Assembly (NCBI GenBank): GCA_963801355.1
Contig: CAWDEM010000008.1
Coordinates: forward strand, 2,176,001-2,240,000
Length of the DNA stretch: 64,000 nucleotides
From: Ignavibacteriota bacterium
Lineage (GTDB): Bacteria; Bacteroidota; Ignavibacteria; UBA10030; UBA6906
Direction of reading: 5' to 3'
The position numbers and the translations under genes are program-made. The notes under the pieces are model-generated. The model ran no database searches, was not told the DNA's origin, and saw only the letters and a list, made by a program, of their open reading frames with translations. Position 1 is the first letter of the stretch, and the number at the start of each line of letters is the position of its first letter. Shown one piece after another: positions 44,263 through 54,227 of this stretch.

Positions 44263-46674
44263 TCACCTCCAGTGCATCGGGCGTATCACGCTCCCGTCCG
44301 TCGCCAGAAATACCGCCCCCATCTCATCAGTACGGAACACCTCGACCCCCGCCCCCTCCAGACGCTGCAGAGTAAACCCGGCGGGATGGCCGAAGCGGTT
44401 TGCCCTCCCCACCGATATGAGCGCGACATCGGGACGGACCGCCGCAAGGAATTCTTCGCCTGTCCCGGCTTTGCTGCCGTGATGCCCGATCTTCAATATG
44501 TCGGATGCAAGAAATGCACCGTACCACGCCACAAGGCGCTCTTCTTCATCCCGTTCCGCATCACCCATCAGAAGCATGGACACGCTCCCGAACTGCATCT
44601 TCACCACAAGTGATTGCTTGTTCGGATCGCCGGGTGCGCTGGATTCCCTTCTTTCCGGTGCGAGCACGTAGTACCTGCTGAGCGCATCCCCGAGGATTTC
44701 GCCGCGAGAGGCAACAGAGACCTGTACCCCCAGGCGGGCACACAGGGCGCCGGCAGGGCGCCCGATATCAAGAGGAACGACCAATCGCCGGACATTGAAC
44801 GATCGGAGCACCTGCACAAGGCCGCCGGCATGATCGTCATGGAAGTGTGTGATGATGACCTCGTCCAGGTTCTGCACGTCGAGCCGCTTGAGAAGCGGTA
44901 CGACGGATGTGCCCCAGGGGCTTCCGTCGCGCGAAGGGGGACCGGTGTCGACCAGCACGTTCTGCCCCCCCGGCGATTGAAGGAGTATCGCATCGCCCTG
45001 ACCCACATCGATCATGACGATCCGGCATTCCCCGGACATGAATTCCGCGATCTCCGCGGAGGGCCAGAAAAAACTCGCGTTCATTGCTGCAAGAAACGCA
45101 ATGAGCATCCACCGGACGGCGGGAGGGTTTCCCAGAACGACGAAACAGGCCAGCGCTGTGTAGTATGGGAGCGCGTCAATCGGCCGGAACCAGATCGTCT
45201 CCACGGTTGCCCAGGGGAGCGACGCTGCGCGTTCAGCCCCTTCGATGGTGAACATCAACACCATCCGGTTCAGCGCCGCATACGACGCCGCAACCCACGC
45301 TTGTACCGGAGCCACCGCCGCCGATACGATACCAAGAACCACCGACAGGCCGGTCGCCGGCACTATGACCAGGTTCGCGATGAATCCGATGATGGAAAGG
45401 CGCCCGAACGCCATCGCCGTCAGGGGCAGTGTCCCGACCGATGCCGCTATGGAGACGGCAAACAGACTGTACACAGTTCGCACGAGCCGCCACATCATCG
45501 TCCGGTGCTCACGGTGAATGACGATCTGCAGCAACCGGGGCGTCAGCAGCAATATTGCGATCACCGCGCCGAACGAAAGCTGGAAACCAACATCGAACAG
45601 CTGCCGGGCATCCGCCGTGAACATGATCATGGCGGCAAGACCAACACTCTGCAATGGATGGACACGGCGGCCCAGGGAACTGCCGAGGAACAAGGAGAGC
45701 GCCATGATCGTGGCACGCACGACAGGCGGCTGCGAGCCCGTGATGAGCATGTACACAACGAGCGCGCATGCCGTGAGCATGCGGCTGACAACTTTCGAGA
45801 CCCGGAAGAATGAAATGACCGCCAGTACCGCTCCGGCCATCACAGCGACATTCGAACCCGATACTGCCAGAATGTGTGCCACTCCCGAATCCAGGAACGC
45901 CCGCCGGACTCCCGGTGACAGACCTGATCGTTCACCAATCATCAATCCTTTCAGAAACTCCCCTTCCTCTCCGCCGATATCCCGGTCGATCTCCGAGAGG
46001 ATATGTGCCCGCAGCGGGAGCACCACATCGCGCATAAACGTCCCGCCGCTGCAGGTATCCAGGACGCGCACGCATTGGCGACCCCGCACTCGCATCACGA
46101 AGGAAATGCCATTGGCGTTGTAGTACTGGCGGGGACTGAACTCTCCGGGATTACCCGATTCCGGCGGACTCTCGATCGCACCCCACAAACCCAGTATCCA
46201 TCCATACCGGATGCTCGAGAGGTCCGGGCCGCTGCCGGATGCGCTACATGTCACGATGCCTCTCTCTTCGCAGGGGTATTCCAGAGGCCCATTGATGACA
46301 GAGCGCACCCGGACCTGTAACCGGACACGATTCCCCATAACTTGCGGAGCGTCGATGACCTGCACGACGATCGCCGCGGTGCGCCGCTGACTCGGACCGG
46401 ATGTGAGAATGCTCCCGGCGTCGTCACTTCGATACTTCAACGCACCGATACTGAAACACAGCACGACACAACAGAAGGATCGAGCCGGCGCGGCCGTGCG
46501 TCCTTGACCGAGCAGGAGGACTGCTGCCGACAGTACCAGAGATGCCGCCGCAAGAGCAAAGAGGGGTGTAACAGAGGAGGCGGGCAATTGCCTGCCGGCC
46601 CAGATGCCGGCAGCAATCAGGGTGGACAGAATCAGCGCAGGGTACTTATGAAAGCCCCCCCATCCCGGCGTCAT
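44263..46674 (-). CDS. comEC: DNA internalization competence protein ComEC/Rec2
   Basis: HILAVSG; GFQLSF; DVGQGD; THFHDDH; HHGS. Confidence 0.92.
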   Translation of the reverse strand: MTPGWGGFHKYPALILSTLIAAGIWAGRQLPASSVTPLFALAAASLVLSAAVLLLGQGRTAAPARSFCCVVLCFSIGALKYRSDDAGSILTSGPSQRRTAAIVVQVIDAPQVMGNRVRLQVRVRSVINGPLEYPCEERGIVTCSASGSGPDLSSIRYGWILGLWGAIESPPESGNPGEFSPRQYYNANGISFVMRVRGRQCVRVLDTCSGGTFMRDVVLPLRAHILSEIDRDIGGEEGEFLKGLMIGERSGLSPGVRRAFLDSGVAHILAVSGSNVAVMAGAVLAVISFFRVSKVVSRMLTACALVVYMLITGSQPPVVRATIMALSLFLGSSLGRRVHPLQSVGLAAMIMFTADARQLFDVGFQLSFGAVIAILLLTPRLLQIVIHREHRTMMWRLVRTVYSLFAVSIAASVGTLPLTAMAFGRLSIIGFIANLVIVPATGLSVVLGIVSAAVAPVQAWVAASYAALNRMVLMFTIEGAERAASLPWATVETIWFRPIDALPYYTALACFVVLGNPPAVRWMLIAFLAAMNASFFWPSAEIAEFMSGECRIVMIDVGQGDAILLQSPGGQNVLVDTGPPSRDGSPWGTSVVPLLKRLDVQNLDEVIITHFHDDHAGGLVQVLRSFNVRRLVVPLDIGRPAGALCARLGVQVSVASRGEILGDALSRYYVLAPERRESSAPGDPNKQSLVVKMQFGSVSMLLMGDAERDEEERLVAWYGAFLASDILKIGHHGSKAGTGEEFLAAVRPDVALISVGRANRFGHPAGFTLQRLEGAGVEVFRTDEMGAVFLATDGSVIRPMHWR

Positions 46675-47611
46675 GCTTGAACATCTCCATGAGCGCGGGC
46701 AGTACGTGAGTCAGATCGGGCGCACGTCCCCCGTAGTGGCCCACACGAGCGGCAAACGCACGGTGGTTTCTGCCTGTAAGCATGAGGGGAACAGGATTGC
46801 GGGTGTGGGTCTTCACACTCAGATCTTCAAGATTGCCGTGGTCACTCGTCACGATGATGAGCGTTCGTGATCGATCGATTGTCGCCAGGAGACCTTCCAG
46901 CAGGCCGTCAAATCGCTCCAGAACCCCAACCGCGTCCGCCATCTTCTGCTCATGGCCGGCATGATCGGTTTTCCAGTACTCAAAGAGCACGAACTCATGT
47001 GCCGTCACCATCCCGGCAAGGTGCCGGCCCGCTTCGGATGACTCAATCACCTGAACCGATGTATGCCCGAGCCTGGACCACCCTTCGCGGGTGATATCGG
47101 CGGAGACGCCGCGTCCGTCCAGGAGCTCCTTTTCGCGGCGCAGCGGGATGCCGGCATACCTGCACGAAAGCGTCGTCACGGTCAGCCGCGAAAGGTGGGT
47201 TTCAAAGTAATCGAAGAACTTTTGCGGGTAGGCGTTCGCAAAGCAGGGACGCAGGCCGGCCTGCTGAACCCTGCGAAAGATGTTGTGGGCCTCAATAAGC
47301 GGTCTGAGAGTCGAATAGGGATAGGGTCCGAAGTGCTTGCCGACAAGAAGTGGAGCATTGACGCCGGTGAACAATGCCGTCTGTCCCGTACCGCTCTGGG
47401 GCAATCCTCCAACGTGCAGCGTTGCATCCAGTGGGAGTACCGTTGCCTCTGCGGACTCTACCGACCGATGGTGCAGTGACGGAAGCGTTCCACCCAGGAG
47501 TGCAGTGAGGGCAGGAAGACGGGCCGCAAAGAACGGGTTCACCGCGGCATCTTTCCTGCCGATCCCCACACCGTCAAGAAACAAGAAAAGAATGTGCATG
47601 GGGTCTTTCAC
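46646..47611 (-). CDS. Alkaline-phosphatase superfamily metalloenzyme (phosphoglycerate mutase/phosphopentomutase-like)
   Basis: FLDGVG; PQSGTG; DHAGH; TSDHGN; HTRNPVP. Confidence 0.8.
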   Translation of the reverse strand: MKDPMHILFLFLDGVGIGRKDAAVNPFFAARLPALTALLGGTLPSLHHRSVESAEATVLPLDATLHVGGLPQSGTGQTALFTGVNAPLLVGKHFGPYPYSTLRPLIEAHNIFRRVQQAGLRPCFANAYPQKFFDYFETHLSRLTVTTLSCRYAGIPLRREKELLDGRGVSADITREGWSRLGHTSVQVIESSEAGRHLAGMVTAHEFVLFEYWKTDHAGHEQKMADAVGVLERFDGLLEGLLATIDRSRTLIIVTSDHGNLEDLSVKTHTRNPVPLMLTGRNHRAFAARVGHYGGRAPDLTHVLPALMEMFKHDAGMGGLS

Positions 47612-47612
47612 C

Positions 47613-48077
47613 TCATTGACCCTTCGGAACCTCCGGACTCTCTATTACTATCGTGACGGGGCCATCATTTACGATGGTGACCTCCATCATGGCGCCGAAA
47701 ATTCCGGTGCGGACCTTGTCCGGACCCAGGCGCTCGCGCAGCCGCCGTACGAAGTGGTCGTACAACGGCTCCGCATCCTCAGGGCGTGCCGCCAGGACAA
47801 AACTCGGACGGTTTCCCTTCCGCGCATCGGCGTAGAGCGTGAATTGGGAGACAGCAAGGACACTGCCGCCCGCATCCTGAAGCCCGATATTCATCTTCCC
47901 CTGATCATCCTCAAATATCCGCAGGCCCGCGCATTTGTCAGCGAGGAATTCCGCATCTTTCATCGTGTCCCCCTGCCGGATCCCCAGGAGCACGACCAGG
48001 CCTTTGTCGATACTTGCATGCCCGGCCCCGTGAACGGCAATGGATCCCCTGGATACCCGCTGTACGACGACTCGCAT
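47613..48077 (-). CDS. dtd: D-aminoacyl-tRNA deacylase
   Basis: SQFTL; NDGPVT. Confidence 0.95.
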   Translation of the reverse strand: MRVVVQRVSRGSIAVHGAGHASIDKGLVVLLGIRQGDTMKDAEFLADKCAGLRIFEDDQGKMNIGLQDAGGSVLAVSQFTLYADARKGNRPSFVLAARPEDAEPLYDHFVRRLRERLGPDKVRTGIFGAMMEVTIVNDGPVTIVIESPEVPKGQ

Positions 48078-48093
48078 ACTCGCCGGATCTTTC

Positions 48094-48990
48094 CTATAAT
48101 GGCAGATTTGCTTCTACGACGCGGGGAATGCCCGCATAATCAGCGTGGACGGTGACAACAGAAAACCCCGCGCGTGCAACAACCTCCCGCGCAACCTGTT
48201 CCTGCCCATGGCCGATTTCGCACAGGAATATGCCTGCCGGCTGCAGCAACTCCTTCACCCGGGGGGCGAGTTTGCGGAGAAATCCGGAGCCGTTATGTTC
48301 ATCAATCAGCGCCTCCCGCGGTTCAAACAGGCGCACTTCCGGCATTAAGGTTTCAAACTCGTCCCTCGCGACATAGGGAGGGTTTGCCACCACCATGGTG
48401 AATCGTTCACGCACGGAGGCCGGATCAAACACATCGGCGCGGATGAAATCGACACGGTCCATCTTGAGACGGGCTGCGTTACTCCTGCTCCGCTCCACGG
48501 CCGCCTCGCTCACGTCCAGACCGGTGACACGGACATTGGCAGCATGGTGCACCAGAGCGAGGGCGATGTTGCCGGACCCCGTCCCGACATCCAGCACGCG
48601 CACTCCGGGTTCCGGGATTCCGCGAATTCTGGCCAGCGCACATTCAACCAGCAGTTCTGTCTCCGGACGCGGGATGAGCACTCCGGGTCCGACGCCGAGG
48701 GTAATGCCCATGAACGCGGTTTCGCCCAGAATGTACTGCAGCGGCTCATGGGCCAGACGCCGTTGGAACAATCCGCGGTACGCGGCCAGTTCTTCGGAGA
48801 CAAGCGGTCGGTCGAACTGGAGGTAGAGTTGCAGTCTGGTGACGTGCAACACGTGCGCCAGCATCAGTTCCACATGCAACCGGGCCTCATCGAAGCCATG
48901 GTCTGCGAGGTAGTCACGTGACCACTCGATCAGCGAGAGCACCGTCCATGTGCGCGGCGGCGAAGGCGGGCGCTGTTGGCCCCCCGTCAT
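48094..48990 (-). CDS. prmC: Release factor glutamine methyltransferase
   Basis: EPLQYI; LIPRPETE; DVGTGSG; NPPY. Confidence 0.95.
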   Translation of the reverse strand: MTGGQQRPPSPPRTWTVLSLIEWSRDYLADHGFDEARLHVELMLAHVLHVTRLQLYLQFDRPLVSEELAAYRGLFQRRLAHEPLQYILGETAFMGITLGVGPGVLIPRPETELLVECALARIRGIPEPGVRVLDVGTGSGNIALALVHHAANVRVTGLDVSEAAVERSRSNAARLKMDRVDFIRADVFDPASVRERFTMVVANPPYVARDEFETLMPEVRLFEPREALIDEHNGSGFLRKLAPRVKELLQPAGIFLCEIGHGQEQVAREVVARAGFSVVTVHADYAGIPRVVEANLPL

Positions 48991-50246
48991 GATGCGCCCC
49001 TATGAACGACAAGCGGATCGCGGACACGTGTGATGAGAAGATAGATGCCGATCACGGAGAACAGAGCGCCAACGATGAACATACCGCGGTAGCCGATCAG
49101 GTCGGCAATAAATCCCCCCGCCAGCCCCGCAAAGTAGCACGGCGCCAGCACAGTGTTCATGAGCCCGATATACGAAGCTCGCTGTGCCGGCGGGCTGTAC
49201 TCGATTGCCATATTGGATCGGACCATGCCTTCGGCAGCGAAATTCACGCCGAGAAAGGCGAACACGACGACGAACCATCCCGGGGCCGGGGCGACAACCG
49301 CCGCGAGTGAAGCAACAAGCATTGACGCCGCGGCGCACAGCAAGCCGGTCTTGTTGCCATAGTGATCAATCACAAAGCCGATCACGAGTGCACTGACCAC
49401 CTGTACGCAGACCATCGCAAGCGTGAACAACCCGACAACCGACTCATCGGCGGCAAAGTCCTTGAGCACATAGACAATAAAGAACCCCTGCGGCATCATC
49501 GCCATGATCAGGAAGCCGGACGCCACAAGAAACCGGCTGAAGTCACGGTCGGCATTCAGGACTGCGCGAAGATCCTTGAGGAACGGGAAGAATGGCCGGC
49601 GTGGAACGACAGGACTCGGTTCGCTCTCGATCATGTAGTGTTGGACTACCACAGAGCCGATCTGCAGCACGAACGCAAAGACAAACGCAAGCGCATAGCC
49701 GATGGGAAATGCAAACGTCGCAAGAAGCCATGTCAGGACGAATCCGCAGATGAATGCGCCCAAGCCGCCGAGTGAATTCCTGTATCCTATCAGGCGCCCG
49801 CGCCTCTTCCGGGACGTCAGCTTCACAAAGAATTCAAACCAACCGACCGACGTGATGCCGCCGATCATCTGATTGACAAGGTACAGAAGGAGAAATACCC
49901 ACAGGACGAGAGGAGAATTCACCGAACCGAAAAGGAGTATGAACAGGCCCATGACCAGCACGACGAACCTCTGGGCCGAACCGAACCTCACCGCCCAGGG
50001 TTTCTTCCAGGGCTGGGTCTCAACGATGCGCGCGGCAAACAACTGAGGAAGCACTACGCCGATATATGCAATCGCCGCAACGAGCCCTACCTCGGCATTC
50101 GAGCCCCCGAGCCGCGTGACAAGGGCGGGGAGGACGGTTTGAAACGAAAGGAACGCTCCGGTGGAGATATAGAACCCTCCCTCTACGACGTTGAGGGTCA
50201 GGTTTCTCTGTTCAATCGCGGTACTGGATGTCACGGGAGCGGTCAT
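48987..50246 (-). CDS. MFS transporter
   Basis: About 12 hydrophobic segments in two halves. Confidence 0.8.
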   Translation of the reverse strand: MTAPVTSSTAIEQRNLTLNVVEGGFYISTGAFLSFQTVLPALVTRLGGSNAEVGLVAAIAYIGVVLPQLFAARIVETQPWKKPWAVRFGSAQRFVVLVMGLFILLFGSVNSPLVLWVFLLLYLVNQMIGGITSVGWFEFFVKLTSRKRRGRLIGYRNSLGGLGAFICGFVLTWLLATFAFPIGYALAFVFAFVLQIGSVVVQHYMIESEPSPVVPRRPFFPFLKDLRAVLNADRDFSRFLVASGFLIMAMMPQGFFIVYVLKDFAADESVVGLFTLAMVCVQVVSALVIGFVIDHYGNKTGLLCAAASMLVASLAAVVAPAPGWFVVVFAFLGVNFAAEGMVRSNMAIEYSPPAQRASYIGLMNTVLAPCYFAGLAGGFIADLIGYRGMFIVGALFSVIGIYLLITRVRDPLVVHRGAS

Positions 50247-50318
50247 GTGAATCGGAACACAATAGCGAGATTCTGATACGATTGCAAGTCAGCAATGAAA
50301 TGGGTAGTTTCAGTCATT

Positions 50319-51125
50319 ATGGCTAAAAAATACCCTCCTATACCTTCCGGGGACTTCGCAAAGTTCATCCACGTCATCCGACGCCTTCGCCGGGATTGCC
50401 CGTGGGACCGCAAGCAGACACACCGGTCGTTGCGACACAGTTTGATTGAGGAAACGTATGAAGTGGTGGAAGCCCTCGACCGGGGGGATGTGCAGCACCT
50501 TCGCGACGAACTGGGAGACCTTCTTCTGCACGCAATCCTGCAGACGACGATCGCCGAGCAGTCAGGGGAATTCACGCTGCGCGACGTTTTCCGCCGCGAA
50601 TCCGCCAAATTGATACGGCGGCACCCGCACGTCTTCGGCACGACAACGGTGCGCGATGAAGAGGAAGTGCGGCGCAACTGGGAGCGCATCAAGCTTGCGG
50701 AGGGACGAACATCTCTGCTCGAGGGCGTGCCCCGGAGCATGCCGGGACTGCAGCGGGCATTGCGCGTCCAGCAGCGCGCTGCAAAAGTCGGTTTCGATTG
50801 GGAGAACGAGGACCAGGTCTGGACGAAGGTCCGGGAGGAATTGGAGGAAGTGCGCCATGCGCTCCGGTCACGCAAGCAGGCGGAGAAAGAGGAAGAATTC
50901 GGGGATCTTCTGTTCGCGCTGGTGAACTATGCGCGATTCTTCAAGATCAATCCGGAGAACGCACTCCGGCACACGATTGACAAGTTCATACGCCGCTTCC
51001 AGTACATCGAACGGGCGCTGGCGAAGCAGGGCACCACCGTCCACGACAGCTCTCTGAAAGAGATGGATTACTACTGGGAGAAAGCGAAGCGAAAGAGGAA
51101 GAAAAGAGGAACGGCGGTGCGTTGA
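50319..51125 (+). CDS. mazG: Nucleoside triphosphate pyrophosphohydrolase MazG
   Basis: CPWDRKQT; EETYE; ELGDLL; RRHPHVF; EFGDLLF. Confidence 0.95.
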   Translation: MAKKYPPIPSGDFAKFIHVIRRLRRDCPWDRKQTHRSLRHSLIEETYEVVEALDRGDVQHLRDELGDLLLHAILQTTIAEQSGEFTLRDVFRRESAKLIRRHPHVFGTTTVRDEEEVRRNWERIKLAEGRTSLLEGVPRSMPGLQRALRVQQRAAKVGFDWENEDQVWTKVREELEEVRHALRSRKQAEKEEEFGDLLFALVNYARFFKINPENALRHTIDKFIRRFQYIERALAKQGTTVHDSSLKEMDYYWEKAKRKRKKRGTAVR

Positions 51126-51143
51126 ATCCCTGTTCGGGACATG

Positions 51144-52148
51144 CTATTCGTTATCCCCTTCACTGTGGGGCGGCCCGCCGTTCTGGAACTTTTCGTAGGC
51201 ATCGATGATATCCTTCACCAGTCGGTGCCGGACAACATCGTTCCTGTCGAAGTACACGAAGGAAATACCCTCCACACCCTGCAGGACCTCCTGAATCTGT
51301 ACGAGCCCTGAACTCTGCCTCGCAGGCAGATCGATTTGCGTGACGTCACCGGTCACAATCGCGCGGGAGTTCGGGCCCAGCCGCGTGAGAAACATCTTCA
51401 TCTGCATTGCCGACGCATTTTGCGCTTCGTCGAGGATCACAAACGCATTGTTCAGCGTTCTCCCCCGCATGTACGCGAGCGGGGCGATCTCGATCACGCT
51501 CTTCTCAATGTATCCCCGCAATTTTTCCGCTGGAATCATGTCGTCAAGAGCATCATACAGCGGCCGGAGGTAGGGGTCGATCTTTTCCTTCAGGTCGCCG
51601 GGCAGAAAACCGAGGCTTTCCCCTGCTTCGACTGCCGGACGTGTAAGCACGATCTTGGTGATCTCGTTGTTTTTCAGGCTCGCGACTGCGAAGGCAACCG
51701 CCAGATAGGTCTTGCCGGTCCCCGCCGGACCGATGGCGAAAACAATATCGTTGGCCCGGATCTGCCGCACGTACTCACGCTGGCCCGGAGTCTTTGCACG
51801 GATGATCTGGTTCTTCGTGAAGAGGATGACGTTATCCACTTCGTCATGCGAAAGACCCGAGGTGACGCCTTTCGGTACAGCCGGTTCACCGTTCGCGGTG
51901 ATAAGATCGATCACCGTGTCAACATCGTTTGTGGTCAGGGATCCGTTCTTGCGCAGGAGGAACATGAGTTCCCTGAAGATGCGATCCAGTGTATCGACCT
52001 CGGCCGGATCGCCGCGCAGGGTGATGGTATCACCGCGGACGACCACGGTGGCATCGAACCGGCGCTCCAGCACTTCGAGGTTCGCGTCATTCAGTCCGAG
52101 CAGGCCCAGCGCATCTACCCCCTCGATCTTCAGCTTCTTATCGGTCAT
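51144..52148 (-). CDS. phoH: PhoH family ATPase
   Basis: GPAGTGKT; RPAVEAGE; LAYMRGRT; DEAQN. Confidence 0.93.
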   Translation of the reverse strand: MTDKKLKIEGVDALGLLGLNDANLEVLERRFDATVVVRGDTITLRGDPAEVDTLDRIFRELMFLLRKNGSLTTNDVDTVIDLITANGEPAVPKGVTSGLSHDEVDNVILFTKNQIIRAKTPGQREYVRQIRANDIVFAIGPAGTGKTYLAVAFAVASLKNNEITKIVLTRPAVEAGESLGFLPGDLKEKIDPYLRPLYDALDDMIPAEKLRGYIEKSVIEIAPLAYMRGRTLNNAFVILDEAQNASAMQMKMFLTRLGPNSRAIVTGDVTQIDLPARQSSGLVQIQEVLQGVEGISFVYFDRNDVVRHRLVKDIIDAYEKFQNGGPPHSEGDNE

Positions 52149-52170
52149 GCCGCTTGTTGGTCCTCAAAGA

Positions 52171-52213
52171 AAAACGTAAACCCCCTCCCCTGCGGCGGGC
52201 GCAGGAAAGGGGG
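52171..52213 (-). terminator. Intrinsic terminator after the LysM gene
   Basis: Minus strand CCCCCTTTCCTGCG...CGCAGGGGAGGGGG followed by TTTACGTTTTT. Confidence 0.65.
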
Positions 52214-52238
52214 CTCACGAAACTGATAACGCTGTTCA

Positions 52239-53015
52239 CTACTTCGTCGAAGGCTCTGCCGGGGGAGTGAGCACCGCGGCCGCTCTTGCCGCAACTTTTG
52301 CATAATACTTCTTTGCGGCTGCCTTTTCGTCTCCGGTCATTTCCTTCCCCTCGGGAATCTTCAGTATCTGACCGGTATGAATGACGTCCGGATCCTTGAT
52401 CTGATCGCGGTTCCCCTGCCAGATGCGCGGCCACAGCCAGGCATTGTCATAGATGTCGGGCTTCTTGGAGATGTTCCAGAGGCAGTCGCGGTCACGGGAC
52501 CACGTCCCGACCGTGTACACTTTCACCTGCTTCGCAAGCGTTTCCTGAAGGCTCTTTACCCTCGTGTCGAGTGCGGTCAGGCGATCCCAGAATTCCGGGA
52601 TAAGCGACAGCTTGTTTCCCCAGAGTTCCTTCGATTTGGCAGCCAGTTCCGTCAGCTCGCTGCTCCGGGCCATCAGATCCGCATCCGAGAGACGCATGAG
52701 GTCTGCGGCCTTGGCTTCCGCATCATCGATTTCACTGCGATAGGCACTTGCCTTCTCGCGATCGGAACCGACAAGGGCATAGAGCTCGTCAAGGCACTTC
52801 TGGCAATCGCCGTCCAACTTATTGGATTGCGATGTGAGAGTGCCGACGGTGGTTCCAAGTGTCTTGAGCTTTGCCTGCAGGTCAGTCCGCATCTGGGTGT
52901 ACTTATTCATATCTTGCTGCCACTGCTCTTTTGTCAGCTCCTGGGCCGTCGCAAGCCCGACTGACAAGGTGAGCACGACAGCGACGATCATCATCAGAGC
53001 GCTGTGCAATTTCAT
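52239..53015 (-). CDS. Exported coiled-coil protein with C-terminal LysM domain
   Basis: Signal peptide; YTV...DCLWNIS...WPRIWQGNRDQIKDPDVIHTGQILKIP. Confidence 0.88.
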   Translation of the reverse strand: MKLHSALMMIVAVVLTLSVGLATAQELTKEQWQQDMNKYTQMRTDLQAKLKTLGTTVGTLTSQSNKLDGDCQKCLDELYALVGSDREKASAYRSEIDDAEAKAADLMRLSDADLMARSSELTELAAKSKELWGNKLSLIPEFWDRLTALDTRVKSLQETLAKQVKVYTVGTWSRDRDCLWNISKKPDIYDNAWLWPRIWQGNRDQIKDPDVIHTGQILKIPEGKEMTGDEKAAAKKYYAKVAARAAAVLTPPAEPSTK

Positions 53016-53040
53016 GTTCAGAGACTCCTCGCTGGTTGTG

Positions 53041-53310
53041 TCACTTTGCTAGCCGTTGCTTGACAATTGCCTGGTCATCCGCGCACTTTTTCATCTGGGC
53101 ATTCTTTTCGGCGATGACTTTGTCCAGGTCGTTCTTCTTCACCTCCAACTCCTTGATCTCCTTCTCGAGCTGCGCCGTCTCGTCCTTCAAGGTCTGAAGA
53201 GCCTTCAGCTGCTCCTCGTCGGGACTTGAAGAACAACCAGTGAGGAAGAGCGATCCGCTGAACAGGAGCGTCATCCCAATGGTCATGACTGTTTTTGTGC
53301 ATTTCATCAT
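53041..53310 (-). CDS. Small coiled-coil lipoprotein
   Basis: Lipobox LTGC; heptad-rich; AGGAGG RBS. Confidence 0.8.
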   Translation of the reverse strand: MMKCTKTVMTIGMTLLFSGSLFLTGCSSSPDEEQLKALQTLKDETAQLEKEIKELEVKKNDLDKVIAEKNAQMKKCADDQAIVKQRLAK

Positions 53311-53380
53311 GTGAACCCTCCTGAGATATAGGGAAACAGGTAGATTGACACTGTGATTGCGCTATCGGGTAGTAGTTGCC

Positions 53381-53409
53381 AGTATAACAAATATTTAGTT
53401 GCTTGTCAA
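53381..53409 (-). promoter_or_regulatory. Near-consensus sigma70-like promoter
   Basis: TTGACA-17 nt-TATACT with TGn extension. Confidence 0.7.
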
Positions 53410-53462
53410 TTCTTAATTTTTCCCCGTGTTTTCTGAATTACCAGTGGATTCCGGGGAAGGGC

Positions 53463-54227
53463 CTACAACAGCCCTTTCTCGGCCAGACTCGTGAAGCGGT
53501 CACCGGCTACGATAAGGTGGTCGTGCAGTGGAATGCCGACAATGCGCCCGGCCTCGGCGAGTTGACGGGTGACTTCAGTGTCTTCTCTGCTGGGATCGGG
53601 ATTGCCCGAGGGGTGGTTGTGCACGACGATAATCGATGCGGCGCGTTGATCTATCGCCACTTTGTACACTTCGCGGGGATGCACGAGGCTCGCGTTGAGG
53701 GTGCCGCTGCTGATCTCCACTTTGGCCCTCAGAGCGTTCTTCGCATCGAGCAAGAGCACGAAAAATGCTTCCGTTGCGCGTTCTCTCAATAACGGCACCA
53801 TATGCCGGGCGACATCCTCGGGGGAATGAATGACCGGCCACGGTTCCTCGTGCTCGGCCTGCATCCTCCGTCCGATCTCAAACGCCGCGACCAGTTCAAC
53901 GGCTTTGGCCGGCCCGATGCCATGGACCCTCATGAGCTCTGCCGGCGTGCGGGAACCCAGCATCCGCAATGACCGCCCGCCGGAAAGCAGATCACGCGCA
54001 AGGTCCACCGCCGAGGAGCTGCCCGTCCCGGTCCGAAGAAGCAGCGCCAGCAACTCGGTTTCGGTCAGTGCCGAAGGTCCCTTGCCGAGGAGTTTCTCAC
54101 GGGGTCGGTCTCCGGAAGGCCATTCTTTAACGGAACCACGACGTTCAGGAATATCGGATGCTTTGCGGGGAGGTATGCCTGGCGGCCCATGACTGGGCCG
54201 TCGGGATTCATTCAACCCTGACTTCAT
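53463..54227 (-). CDS. radC: RadC (JAB/MPN domain) protein
   Basis: RPREKL; GIGPAKA; VHPREV; HNHPSG; HDHLIV; start uncertain. Confidence 0.9.
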   Translation of the reverse strand: MKSGLNESRRPSHGPPGIPPRKASDIPERRGSVKEWPSGDRPREKLLGKGPSALTETELLALLLRTGTGSSSAVDLARDLLSGGRSLRMLGSRTPAELMRVHGIGPAKAVELVAAFEIGRRMQAEHEEPWPVIHSPEDVARHMVPLLRERATEAFFVLLLDAKNALRAKVEISSGTLNASLVHPREVYKVAIDQRAASIIVVHNHPSGNPDPSREDTEVTRQLAEAGRIVGIPLHDHLIVAGDRFTSLAEKGLL

